This document shows positions 28,805 through 39,442 of a stretch of 64,000 nucleotides of DNA, piece by piece. A program made the translations under genes and the position numbers. This stretch comes from Bacillota bacterium (GTDB taxonomy: Bacteria; Bacillota; Ch66; Ch109), in assembly GCA_050952625.1 (NCBI GenBank), contig JBMNLH010000008.1, positions 10,293 to 74,292 on the forward strand, given 5' to 3'. Position 1 is the first letter of the stretch, and each line of letters opens with the position of its first letter. The notes under the pieces are model-generated. The model searched no databases and was not told the origin of the DNA. It saw only the letters and a list, made by a program, of their open reading frames with translations.

Positions 28805-29558
28805 CGTTTTTTCACTACATACACAAGGATACAGTATTGCACAGGATGGACGGCAGACTAAAGCTTTCATGTGTATGTAGTTGCTCAGCTTGTCAGCCAG
28901 TTTTGCCTCCCAGTTGGACCACACTACTTAGTGCCGTTGTTTGTTGTCATTATCGCTTTACTGACAGCAAAGCTGCCTATTACAGGCATTGTTAAAGGAT
29001 ATGAAATTTTTTGGAATAATAATCTTAATTGTAATTCTGGTTCACGCCTTCAACACACCCGGCGATCCAATTCCAAACTTCCCTATCACCAGCATTTCCA
29101 TACAAGGAGCTTATTACCGGATTACGCTTTGCAGGGCGGTTAACCATTATCATCATGGTTTGTGCTGTTATAACCGGGACAACACCTTTAATCACATATC
29201 CGAAAAGTTATTGAATGGTGCTTACGCCCTATTCCTTTTGTCCCCGAGGTAAGAATAGCCACCATGATAAAGCTGACTTTCATGCGTTGATACCCGTTAT
29301 CCTTGACAATCTTGCTGAGATGATGAACGCGCAAAAAGTCTCGTTGTGTAGAGTTGAGAAAAAACCCCATCAAGCGAATAAACTTTATAGTTTTTCCGCT
29401 TCTTCAGCCAGACTCTCCGAAGAGCCGATGAAATAGCATATGCAATGGAATCAAGGTGTTATTCAGAAGTACGAACAAAGGCGGTTTTTAAAAGCAATAA
29501 AATAGACTGGCTCCTGCTTGCGGTTTGCATCTCAGTCTTGTTATTTGTTGTCCTGTAG
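28792..29558 (+). pseudogene. ECF T component with multiple frameshifts
   Basis: LHRMDGRLKL start and AMESRCY C-terminal motif; the middle is scattered over several frames. Confidence 0.85.
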
Positions 29559-29899
29559 AAAGACGGCTGGGTCTTCAAAACTATGGTGAAGAATTTGACG
29601 GCCACCTGAAAAATAAGGACAATTCTACCTGGCGTTATCACAAACCGTTACTACATAATCAAACTCGCGGTTAATGAATTCCTCAATCCCTTTAGCATAC
29701 TGTTGGGAAATATCAATAACCATCCTACTCATTGCTTTGATTGCGTAAGGGTTAACGGTTGAGGGATTGGTACCGGCACTGAAAACTTCATAAAAATCGC
29801 CCCGTCGTGCCCGCATTAATCCCTCAGCCATTTGCGATCTAGATGAATTTTGGTACAGAGAAATAAAACCGTTTTCTTTTCTCCTTGCTCAATCGTCAT
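29559..29899 (-). pseudogene. arsC: arsenate reductase (LMW-PTP type), disrupted
   Basis: VLFLCT/NSSRSQMAEG frameshift near 29850; in-frame TAG at 29627 (VCDNAR*NCPYF); 3' end lost. Confidence 0.85.
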
Positions 29900-29902
29900 A
29901 GT

Positions 29903-30142
29903 TTATTTCTCCTGTTCAATATATTTTTTGATCGCACTCTTATTGAGCACTTTACCGGAGGACTTCACTTTCTCATTAATAACCAGACCGGGAGTAAGCA
30001 GAATCCCGTAGCTCATGATCTCCTTAAGATCACGGACATCATTGACCGTGGCATCAATCCCCATTTCCTGAACAGCCTCTCTTGTCACCTTTTCCAAGGC
30101 ATGGCATTTGGCGCAGCCTGGACCTAAGATTTTAATCTCCAT
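29903..30142 (-). CDS. small redox-active disulfide (thioredoxin-like) protein
   Basis: IKILGPGCAKC...TPGLVINE. Confidence 0.9.
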   Translation of the reverse strand: MEIKILGPGCAKCHALEKVTREAVQEMGIDATVNDVRDLKEIMSYGILLTPGLVINEKVKSSGKVLNKSAIKKYIEQEK

Positions 30143-30274
30143 TGCGTTTTTCCCCTTTCTTTGTTTCGTTTTCTCCAACTAAGCCATTCAGCAGCGTATA
30201 ATCAGCTAGCTAAACTGTTATCAACTGACTAACTAGTCGAATTTTCTCTGTCCTGGAGTTCCTATTTTGCCTAC

Positions 30275-31447
30275 TTATCCTCTAAAGTACCCAAAAAGCA
30301 TTCCTGACAAGGTGGACATGACCACCACCAGGCAAATATACACCAGGGTTTTTTTAGTCCCCATGACTGATCTGATCACAATCATATTAGGCAGGCTTAA
30401 AGCCGGCCCGGCCAGAAGCAAGGCCAAGGCTGGGCCCTTGCCCATTCCGCTGCCCATCAGTCCTTCGAGGATAGGGACCTCGGTTAACGTGGCAAAATAC
30501 ATAAATGTCCCGACAATAGAAGCTAAAAAATTGGCGGCTAAAGAGTTTCCCCCTACCCAGTCTGCAATATAAGCGGCTGGAATAATACCAGTATCAAAAC
30601 CAGGCCGACCCATAAGGAAGCCAGCTACTAATACCCCTCCGAGCAAAAGGGGAAAAATCTGCTTGGCAAACCCCCAGGTGGACTCCATCCACTCCAGCAT
30701 TTCTTCTTTGTCAAACCAAAGCTTCAGCATGATCGCCAGCATCAGGAAGAAAAACCCGGCTACGTACCAGTGAACCTGATATACGGCACTGAAAAATCCA
30801 ACCGGCTGGGCTGGCTGCCCCCATGCAGCAAAAATAAGGATCAGTACCATGGTCAGGAAATAGACCGAGTACTGCCAGAGAGCTCGTTTTTCCTCCTCAG
30901 GTTGAGGCAGGTACAGGGCGGCCGCGGCTTTTTCCCTTTCTTCCCGGCGGAAAATCAGCTGCATCAACAAGCCGATGATAATCGAGAAAACTACCGCGCC
31001 GACCGCTCGGGCCACGCCCATTTCCAGGCCCAGTACCCGGGCGGTTAGAATAATCGCCAGGACATTTATCGCTGGTCCAGAGTAGAGAAAGGCGGTGGCC
31101 GGGCCGATCCCCGCTCCCCGCGTATAGATTCCGGCAAACAGCGGCAGCACTGTGCAGGAGCAGACCGCCAGAACACTACCCGATACCGAGGCTACCCCGT
31201 AGGACAAGAACTTATTCGCCCCGGTGCCAAAGTACTTTAGCACGGAAGCCTGGGATATAAACACCGCAATCGCCCCGGCGATGAAAAAGGCCGGCACTAG
31301 GCAAGTCAGGACATGCTTCTGGGCATAATCCTGCAGCATAATGAAGGCTTCCAGGATCGCGGATTGCACGCGCGGATTACTGAGCGGGAGATAAAAAGCG
31401 ATCAAGAAAGCACTCACCATTAAGAGAAATTTATAACGCTCTTTCAT
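30275..31447 (-). CDS. DUF318/ArsP-family permease
   Basis: LAVCSCTVLP, FLYSGPAIN, YFATLTEVP. Confidence 0.9.
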   Translation of the reverse strand: MKERYKFLLMVSAFLIAFYLPLSNPRVQSAILEAFIMLQDYAQKHVLTCLVPAFFIAGAIAVFISQASVLKYFGTGANKFLSYGVASVSGSVLAVCSCTVLPLFAGIYTRGAGIGPATAFLYSGPAINVLAIILTARVLGLEMGVARAVGAVVFSIIIGLLMQLIFRREEREKAAAALYLPQPEEEKRALWQYSVYFLTMVLILIFAAWGQPAQPVGFFSAVYQVHWYVAGFFFLMLAIMLKLWFDKEEMLEWMESTWGFAKQIFPLLLGGVLVAGFLMGRPGFDTGIIPAAYIADWVGGNSLAANFLASIVGTFMYFATLTEVPILEGLMGSGMGKGPALALLLAGPALSLPNMIVIRSVMGTKKTLVYICLVVVMSTLSGMLFGYFRG

Positions 31448-31475
31448 CCTATCGTCTCTATCCTTCCTTATTCGA

Positions 31476-31844
31476 CTATCTTTCTTTGCATGCTTTAACT
31501 TTTTCGTTGCATTCCAGCTCTCCCAACCGAACAAATTCGTCCGAGAGGGCGGCTAACTCACCTAATTTCTTCATCATATAAGCCGTAAAAAGCTCAATTC
31601 GGCCGGCTCGAATAGTTTCATCCAGACTGTAATAAGATTTTTGACGTTCCTTGCGTTCCTTGACAATCCCCGCCCTCTTTAATACTTTCAGGTGTTGAGA
31701 AACCCGGGGTTGACTGATATTCAAGACCGCTTCCAATTCACAGACACAAAGTTCTTGATACGAAAGCAGCTTGACTATCTTGAGCCGAATTGGTTCTCCT
31801 AAAGCCTTAAACAGGATAGATATACTTTGAAGCAATAAACCCAC
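31476..31844 (-). CDS. arsR: ArsR/SmtB repressor
   Basis: FKALGEPIRL...ELCVCEL...SQHLKVL. Confidence 0.92.
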   Translation of the reverse strand: MGLLLQSISILFKALGEPIRLKIVKLLSYQELCVCELEAVLNISQPRVSQHLKVLKRAGIVKERKERQKSYYSLDETIRAGRIELFTAYMMKKLGELAALSDEFVRLGELECNEKVKACKER

Positions 31845-31880
31845 CTCTTATAACTTTCTACTTATATTGCTAGTTTATTT

Positions 31881-31909
31881 TATAATATATTTCTTATATA
31901 ACAAAGTCA
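31881..31909 (-). promoter_or_regulatory. sigmaA promoter of the ars operon
   Basis: TTGACT-17-TATTAT upstream of arsR. Confidence 0.6.
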
Positions 31910-32055
31910 AGCTATGATTAAGCAGAAACTGCCCGGTCTAAAATAATAAACGACTTGATTATTAGGGCTATTAGAAAGCAGAATTACTTGCAGATATAAT
32001 TACATAATATTCCAAATTCCAAATAAATGTTGCAATCGTTTCATAAAAATAGGAA

Positions 32056-32088
32056 ATAGACCGTCCGTAAAACACTAGACGGTCTATC
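32056..32088 (-). terminator. terminator after the formate channel gene
   Basis: ATAGACCGTC...GACGGTCTAT followed by a T-rich stretch on the minus strand. Confidence 0.7.
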
Positions 32089-32121
32089 CCTATTCTTACC
32101 CTTAATATGCCTGACTTACTT

Positions 32122-32940
32122 CTACTTCACCCGCAAGTATGACCACCAGTAGAACCCAGCCACAAAGATCCCGCCGCCAACGATGTTGCCCAGGGTTACC
32201 GGGACCAGATTCCCGACCAGGAAGTTACTCCAATTGACCACTGTATCTACCCCACCGGTGAGGAAGATCCCCATCGGCACAAAAAACATGTTAGCCACAC
32301 TATGCTCAAAACCGCTCGCCACGAAGGCCATGATCGGGAAGAAGCAGGCAAAGATTTTCCCAATCACATCTTTGGAAGCCAGGGAGAGCCAAACCGCCAA
32401 ACAAACCAGCCAGTTACAGAGGATCGCTCGGCAGAAAGCTGCGCCCCAGGGCAAGCTGCATTTGGCTGTGGCAATTCCTACTGCTTTTTCCATGACCGCG
32501 CCACCCAGGAGACCGCTGGCCATGCTGCCATCCGGCATCGCGTAATAAAAACCGTGAAAAACAAGCCAGACCAGCAGTAAAGAACCGGCAAAATTCGCCA
32601 GCCAGACTACGGCCCAGTGATACAGAACGCCACCCCAACTAATCCGGCCATCCATCGCGCATATCGTTAAGAACATATTATTCCCGGTAAATAGTTCGGC
32701 TCCACCAATAACAACTAACATCAGACCGACCGAGAAGACGGCCCCAAATAAAAACTGTCCCACCCCGGCTCCCAGTTGGCCGACATCACTACCCACGACA
32801 GTGGCCAGGTTGGCTCCGAATCCAATGTAGGCCCCGGCCAAAATCCCGAGCAGGATGATGCGATCCAGGGACAACTTCATCTTATTATGGCCAGCCCCGC
32901 AGGCGTTGCTGGCTACCTCTAAGGGTGAAAACATATTCAC
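32122..32940 (-). CDS. fdhC: formate/nitrite transporter (FNT)
   Basis: GAELFTGN, CNWLVCLA, GFEHSVANM, TLGNIVGG. Confidence 0.93.
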   Translation of the reverse strand: MNMFSPLEVASNACGAGHNKMKLSLDRIILLGILAGAYIGFGANLATVVGSDVGQLGAGVGQFLFGAVFSVGLMLVVIGGAELFTGNNMFLTICAMDGRISWGGVLYHWAVVWLANFAGSLLLVWLVFHGFYYAMPDGSMASGLLGGAVMEKAVGIATAKCSLPWGAAFCRAILCNWLVCLAVWLSLASKDVIGKIFACFFPIMAFVASGFEHSVANMFFVPMGIFLTGGVDTVVNWSNFLVGNLVPVTLGNIVGGGIFVAGFYWWSYLRVK

Positions 32941-33065
32941 GGTAAATTCCTCCCTAAGCTCATATACTGATTCATTGTTATTCTTCTTTAATTTCAGGCC
33001 ATATTGTCAGCAGAATTTAATTACTTAATTAGCGGCTTCTTGGAAATAATCTCTGCGCTCGTTTT

Positions 33066-35768
33066 TTAACTCGCCTTTTCCACCCGCACCGCACAGACTT
33101 TAAACTCCGGAATTTTGGCCACCGGATCCAGAGCCGCATTAGTCAAGAGATTAGCCGCAGCCTCGGCGAAGTGGAAGGGCATGAACACCACCTCTTCCCG
33201 CACCCGGTTGGTCAAAAGGGCCTTGACTTTCAACTGTCCCCGACGGCTGGTCAACTGGACCATTTCTCCTTCTGTAATCCCCAGTTGCTCCGCTCGCACC
33301 TGGTTGATCTCGACCCAGGCTTCCGGGACAAACTCATCCAGAGCTTTACTCCGCCGGGTCATGGTGCCGGTGTGGTAGTGGTAATAAGACCGCCCGGTAG
33401 TCAGGACCAGTGGATAGTCCTGATCCGGGTTTTCCGCCGGTGGTTTAAATTCAACCGGATGGAACTTGCCCTGACCTCGGGTAAATCTGCCTTTGTGCAG
33501 GTAACTGGTCCCAGGGTGGTCTTCCGCCGGACAAGGCCAGGGCAGTCCGCCGCCTTCCTCCAATCGCTGATAGGTTATGCCGGCATAGGAGGCGGTTAAC
33601 TGCCGGATCTCCTCAAAAACCTCTTCCGCAGAGGCATAGTGCATGGGATACCCCATCTGGTTGGCTAGGGCCATGATAATTTCCAGATCGGTCATGGCCT
33701 TCCCCGGCGGGTTGATCGCCTTCCGTACCCGCTGCACCCGTCGCTCGGTATTGGTAAAGGTCCCATCCTTTTCGGCAAAGCTGGCGGTCGGCAAGACAAC
33801 GTCAGCCAATTTTGCGGTTTCCGTCAGGAAAATATCCTGAACCACAAAGAAATCCAAATTGTTAAACGCCTTTTCCACGTGGTTTAGGTCCGGATCGCTA
33901 ACCATTGGGTTTTCGCCGATCAGGTACATTCCTTTGATCCGCCCCGCATGAGTCGCCTCCATGGCCTCAGTCAGCGGCAGCCCTGGCTGAGCCGGCAAAG
34001 AATTGACTCCCCAAACCTGGGCAAATCGGGCCCGCACCTCTTCGCTGATTACCGGCTGGTAAGCGGTCAAGACATTGGGCAGCCCGCCCATGTCACAGGC
34101 TCCCTGGACATTGTTCTGTCCGCGCAACGGATTAACCCCGGTTCCTTCCTTGCCCACGTTGCCGGTGAGCATGGCTAGATTGGCTGCGGACCAAACATTA
34201 TCCACTCCCACACTGTGCTGCGTCAAACCCATACAGTAGACGATCGAAGCTCGCTTTGCCTGAGCGTACAGCCGGGCCGCCCGGATGATATCTTCCCCCG
34301 GCACCCCGGTAATCTCTGCGACGTACTCCGGGGTATAGCGGTCAAGCAGGACTTTTAATTCTTCAAAACCCTCGGTTCGCTCCTTAATAAATTCCTGATC
34401 CTGCAGCCCCTCTTCTAAAATAATCCGCATCAGACCGTTCAGCAGGGCCACATCGGTCCCCGGCCGAATCGGCAGATGAATTTCCGCTGACTCCGCCAAA
34501 TCGACCCGTCGAGGATCCACGACAATTAGTTTTGTTTTTCCCTGACGAACCGCCTGTTTGATCTGCATCCCCACCACCGGGTGATTGCTGTAAGTATTAG
34601 AGCCAAGAATAAGAATAACCTCAGCTGTCTGCAGTTCCTGAATCGAATTGGTCATTGCTCCGCTGCCAAATGCTGTCGCCAGACCGGCGACGGTCACGGA
34701 GTGTCAGAGGCGGGCGCAGTGGTCAACATTATTAGTACCCAGCACCGCCCGAGCAAACTTTTGAACCAGGTAGTTTTCTTCATTGGTAATCCGTGCTGAG
34801 CTCACCACCATTAGCGAATCTGGTCCGTGCTGCACCTTGATCTCGCCTAACCGGCTGGCTACCAAACTCAAGGCTTCCTCCCAGGTAGCCGGCCGAAATT
34901 CCCCGTTTTCTTTAATTAATGGCTCGGTTAGCCGGTCCGGGCTGTTGATGAATTCCCAGCCATACCGGCCCTTGACGCACAGGGCTCCTTTATTGACCGG
35001 ACTATGTACCGGCGACCGATTTGAACTAACCCCCACTACCTGATTATCCCGAACATTCAACTCCAGGGCGCACCCCACCCCACAGTAACCGCAAGTGGTC
35101 AAAACCTTCCGGGTTTCCCAGCGTCGGGCCAAACCCTGTTCTGGACGATTGGTCAGGGCCCCGGTTGGACAGACCATCACACACTGGCCGCAAAAGATGC
35201 AGGTAGATTCCGCCAAGGTGCCATCAATCCCGGCGCAAATGCTGGCCTGATGTCCCCGATTTTCCACATTCAAGGCAAAGGCCCCGGTGATTTCCTCACA
35301 CGCCCGAACGCACTTGGTGCACATGATGCATTTATTGTAATCCCGCACAATAAACGGGTTAGGGTCTTTAACCTCGTAACGGTAGGGACCGCCGTCCTGA
35401 AAACGACTGCCTCTGACCCCGTAACGGTAAGCATAATCCTGCAACTGACAATCCCCGGACTTCTCGCAAGTCAGGCAGTCCTGAGGGTGATTGGCCAGCA
35501 ACAGTTCCAAAACCAGGCGTCGGGCCTCAACGACTGAAGGACTTTCAGTTTGAATAACCATCCCTTCCGCAACCGGGGTGGTGCAGGAAGTCGGCAAGTT
35601 ACGCCAACCTTGAATCTCAACGACACACATTCGGCAAGAGCCGACCAGGCGCAGCGCCGGGTCATAACACAGGGTCGGAATCTCGATCCCCTGTTCCCGG
35701 GCCACCTCCAGGATGGTCCGGCCGGGCTCTGCCTGTATTTGACGATTATTTATCGTTAGATTAATCAA
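33066..35768 (-). CDS. fdhA: selenocysteine formate dehydrogenase alpha subunit (~900 aa, in-frame UGA at 34706-34704)
   Basis: ORFs 34704-35768 and 33066-34697 are in frame across CARL-UGA-HS; N-terminal Fe-S domains; PLRGQNNVQG. Confidence 0.95.
34673..34706 (-). promoter_or_regulatory. bacterial SECIS element
   Basis: UGA followed by the hairpin GUCGCC-GGUCU-GGCGAC. Confidence 0.85.
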
Positions 35769-35796
35769 CTATCTTTTCACTCCTTTAGCACTACGC

Positions 35797-37053
35797 TCAA
35801 GACACCATCTTTAGCCGCGCCTCAAATTCAGACCGAAAGTGCTTGAGGAGGCTAATGATCGGGGTAGGGGCCGCCATTCCCAAGCCACAGAAGGAGGCTT
35901 TCATCATGAGGTCCAGCAGAGACTCCAGATTCTCCAAATCCCGAAAAGTTGCTTCTCCCCGGGCAATCTTTTTCAGAATCTCGTGACTACGGAAGGTGCC
36001 TTCCCGGCAGGGGGTGCACTTGCCACAGGATTCGTGTTTAAAAAACCCCATTATCGTAACGGCCAGATCCACCATATCCCGGGTTTCGTCCACCACAAAA
36101 ACCGCCCCGGATCCCAGGGTCCCGCCAACGCCGGCCATGGATTCCAGATCAACCGGTGTATCCAGCAGGGCTTCGGTCAGGAAGGCCCCGGAGGTACCCC
36201 CAATCTGGACTGCCTTGAACTGTTTGCCTCCGGCGACGCCGCCGCCGAAACCATAGACAATCTCCCGCACCGTGGCTGTAGTCGGTACCTCGCAGAAGCC
36301 CTTTCTCGCCACATCCCCGGTGAGGGTAAAAATCTTGGTGCCCGGGTATTTGGGGGCCCCGATTTCCTTGAAGGCCGCTGCCCCGTGTTCCACAATCCAG
36401 GGAATATTCGCCAGGGTCTCCACATTGTTGACTACTGTCGGTCGGCCCCACAAGCCGGCCACGCCGGGAAAAGGCGGTTTAAAACGGGGCTCGCCTCGTT
36501 TTCCTTCAATTGATTCAATCAGGGCGGTTTCCTCGCCGCAGACATAGGCCCCGGCCCCCATCCGCACTTGAATGTCAAAGGAGAAGTCAGTCCCAAACAA
36601 GTTAGTTCCCAGCATCCCTTTTTCTCGGGCCTGGACAATCGCTTTTTTCAGCCGCCTGACCACGTATGGGTACTCTCCCCGACAGTAGATATACCCCTGG
36701 CTGGCCCCTACGGCATAGCCGGCAATGGCCATTCCCTCCAGGATTAACTGGGGATCACCCTGCATAATGGTTCTGTCTTTATAGGTCCCGGGCTCTCCTT
36801 CATCAGCATTGCAGATGATATACTTCTGTTCAGCCGGGGTGTTCAGGGTAAAGCCCCATTTCACACCGGTATTAAACCCGGCCCCGCCCCGGCCGCGCAA
36901 CCCGGATTCCTTAACTTCGTTAACTAAATCTGCTGGCTGGATGCTTAAGGCCTTTTTTAACGCCTGATAGCCGCCTCGCTGCAGATAATCTTCGATATTT
37001 TCCGGATCTATTAAATCGTAGTTTTTTAAGCAGATTCTTAATTCTTCAGTCAT
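35797..37053 (-). CDS. NuoF-like FMN/NADH-binding FDH beta subunit
   Basis: SGLRGRGGAGF, NADEGEPGT, GAGAYVCGEE, ESCGKCTPCREG. Confidence 0.95.
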   Translation of the reverse strand: MTEELRICLKNYDLIDPENIEDYLQRGGYQALKKALSIQPADLVNEVKESGLRGRGGAGFNTGVKWGFTLNTPAEQKYIICNADEGEPGTYKDRTIMQGDPQLILEGMAIAGYAVGASQGYIYCRGEYPYVVRRLKKAIVQAREKGMLGTNLFGTDFSFDIQVRMGAGAYVCGEETALIESIEGKRGEPRFKPPFPGVAGLWGRPTVVNNVETLANIPWIVEHGAAAFKEIGAPKYPGTKIFTLTGDVARKGFCEVPTTATVREIVYGFGGGVAGGKQFKAVQIGGTSGAFLTEALLDTPVDLESMAGVGGTLGSGAVFVVDETRDMVDLAVTIMGFFKHESCGKCTPCREGTFRSHEILKKIARGEATFRDLENLESLLDLMMKASFCGLGMAAPTPIISLLKHFRSEFEARLKMVS

Positions 37054-37086
37054 AGTTCTCCTCCTGGATCGCTCTCCTCTTGTTTA

Positions 37087-37539
37087 TTACTGCTGCCGAT
37101 ATTTATTAAGTATCTCTTTAATCCTGACCGGGGTCAGGTCGCCGTAAGGTTCCCCATTAATGGTAATTACCGGGGTCCGCTCACAGGCACCCACACACTC
37201 GGTAGTCTCTAGAGTAAACTGGTTATCCCCGGTCGTCTCGCCCAGCTTGATTCCCAGTTCTTCCTCCAAGGTCTTAACCACCTCGGCCGCTCCAGCCACG
37301 TGGCAGGGAGCACTTTCACAGATTCGGATCACAAACCGACCCCGAGGTTTAACCGATAGATAGGAATAGAATGAGGCTACCCCATAGGCTTTAGTTACCG
37401 GAATGTTAAAGGCCGCAGCCAACCGTTTTAGGACATCTTCCGGTATGTATGAATACTCAGCCTGAACGGCGTGAAAAGCCTCAATCAACCCACCCGGCAC
37501 TCCTTTGAATTGAGCGACAATCGCCTCTACCTTATCCAC
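37087..37539 (-). CDS. NuoE-like [2Fe-2S] FDH gamma subunit
   Basis: CESAPC...ECVGAC. Confidence 0.95.
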   Translation of the reverse strand: MDKVEAIVAQFKGVPGGLIEAFHAVQAEYSYIPEDVLKRLAAAFNIPVTKAYGVASFYSYLSVKPRGRFVIRICESAPCHVAGAAEVVKTLEEELGIKLGETTGDNQFTLETTECVGACERTPVITINGEPYGDLTPVRIKEILNKYRQQ

Positions 37540-38090
37540 TTTCTAATACCACCCCCATTTTTAATAAATACTTTGAATTGAATGCATGAAACAATAAGGT
37601 TTCATGCTGGATACACGCTTAAACAAGTGAAAAAATCTTAATGGGTCGTCTTAAGTAAAAGACCATCTTATTATACAAATAAACTTCTTCAATTTCCATA
37701 GTATTTCCGATAGTTCTATAAAGAACTTAAATTAGCTAGACTTTTCACTTGTATTCACCTAAACCCGTATTATCTAAACAAACCGCTTTTTGCCTTTGCT
37801 TTCGTGCTAACGAATGATCCCAGCAACGATACCCGGTTTATCACTCGAAGCATTGCTAACATTCTAAAGCATCCGCTCATCTCTTAACTTTAGATTTAAT
37901 ATTCCCTAATAAAGTCTAAGAAAACAAAGAAGTCAAAGATGTTCTGCTATATTCTCATTATTCTCATTGGAAATAGTCCCTCAAAAATAAAAACCTCAGA
38001 CCTAATAGTCCAAGGCAGCAATTTTTCCTTATGTTCTGATTATTAATCAGTTTCTTTTGTTTGAGTTATGGCCAGAAAAAGAATGGTAAT

Positions 38091-39119
38091 CTAACAGATC
38101 CGAGGCAGAAGTTCTCCTTCCAGCATTCCCAGGATCCGTTCTGCTCCTAGAGAAGTTTCCATCAGCACCAGTCCAGCGGGACCCTCCCTGACTTCTCCGA
38201 TAACGCAGGCCTCCCGTCCTTCGGGTAATTCCCGTATAGTTTGAAGCAACTCCGTTAGTTTCTCCGGAGCTACTACAGCCACCAGTTTACCCTCATTAGC
38301 CAGATATAGCGGATCCATGCCCAACATTTCACACCCGCCCCGAACCGCTGGGGCGACTGGGATTTGATCCTCCTCGAGCCGCAAACAGACAGCCCCCTGC
38401 TGGGCGAGTTCGTTAAGCGTCGTGGCCAGGCCACCGCGGGTCGGGTCGCGCATACAGCGCACGGCCTGCGGATCTACCCCCAGCAGGGCCTGGGCCAGCC
38501 GGTGAACTGAACCGCAATCACTCTCGACCGGGGTCGTAAAAGACAGCCCTTCCCGCTGAGCTAAAATGGCCAAACCATGCTCCCCGAGCATCCCGCTGAC
38601 AATCACCTTATCCCCAGGCTGCATCCGTTTCGGAGAAAGATTGACCTCCGGCGGAATAAAGCCAATGCCAGCGGTATTGATAAACAATTTATCCACCTGA
38701 CCCCGGCCAACCACCTTGGTATCCCCGGTTACTACTTCCACTCCAATTTGTGCCGCCGCTTGGTGCATGGAATCGACGATCCGCTTGAGCTCTGTCAGAG
38801 GAAAACCTTCCTCAATGATAAAAGCCGCACTCAAGTAGCGAGGAACCCCCCCGCTGACTGACAGGTCATTAGCGGTGCCGTAGACCGCCAGGCAGCCGAT
38901 GTCTCCCCCAGGAAAAAAAAGCGGATGAATAACAAACGAATCAGTGCTAAAGGCCAATCGACCGCCCGGGGGTGCTTCCAGAATCGCGGCATCTAATAAT
39001 TGATCCAGCCGGGGATTACTTAATTGAGCCCGAAAAACTTGATTAATCAGTTCATGATGCAGTCGGCCCCCACTGCCGTGGGCGAGAACGATGTGTTCCA
39101 TCTTGCTTCCCTCTCTCAT
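38091..39119 (-). CDS. hypE: hydrogenase maturation protein HypE
   Basis: LAHGSGG, MRDPTRGG, C-terminal PRIC. Confidence 0.96.
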   Translation of the reverse strand: MREGSKMEHIVLAHGSGGRLHHELINQVFRAQLSNPRLDQLLDAAILEAPPGGRLAFSTDSFVIHPLFFPGGDIGCLAVYGTANDLSVSGGVPRYLSAAFIIEEGFPLTELKRIVDSMHQAAAQIGVEVVTGDTKVVGRGQVDKLFINTAGIGFIPPEVNLSPKRMQPGDKVIVSGMLGEHGLAILAQREGLSFTTPVESDCGSVHRLAQALLGVDPQAVRCMRDPTRGGLATTLNELAQQGAVCLRLEEDQIPVAPAVRGGCEMLGMDPLYLANEGKLVAVVAPEKLTELLQTIRELPEGREACVIGEVREGPAGLVLMETSLGAERILGMLEGELLPRIC

Positions 39120-39176
39120 CTTCTGCCACTAATTATAGATAAGTCATTAGTGAATAAATTAAACATTAATAATTAG

Positions 39177-39213
39177 TGTCCCTCGTGGGACAGAGGGACA
39201 GGTCAACTGTCCC
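39177..39213. repeat. GGGAC/GTCCC REP-like palindromes
   Basis: GTCCCTCGTGGGAC and GGGACAGGTCAACTGTCCC. Confidence 0.55.
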
Positions 39214-39238
39214 GGTTAATACCCGAAAGTATCTTCAA

Positions 39239-39354
39239 TTTATCTGACTTCAAAAGACCCCTACTGCTATAAGTGGCGATTCCCTTGTTCAAACTTCAGG
39301 TGGGTCTAGTCTTCGCCTGAGATCCCGATGTTCAGCGAAGCTGGACGAGTTCAC
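39239..39354 (+). mobile_element. family A IS200/IS605-derived element, copy 3
   Basis: TTTAT|CTGACTTCAAAAGAC...AAACTTCAGGTGG...GAGTTCAC. Confidence 0.75.
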
Positions 39355-39442
39355 TCGGAAAGAAAAACACACCGAGCTATTTATACTGAGCGGTTGTACT
39401 GACCGCGTTGGTGGTTAAACAGATAAAAAGACCTCAATGTCA

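Noticed and set aside
29625-29627. In-frame TAG in arsC as pyrrolysine
   Set aside because: The gene also has a frameshift and a 3' truncation; a GAG-to-TAG nonsense change is simpler
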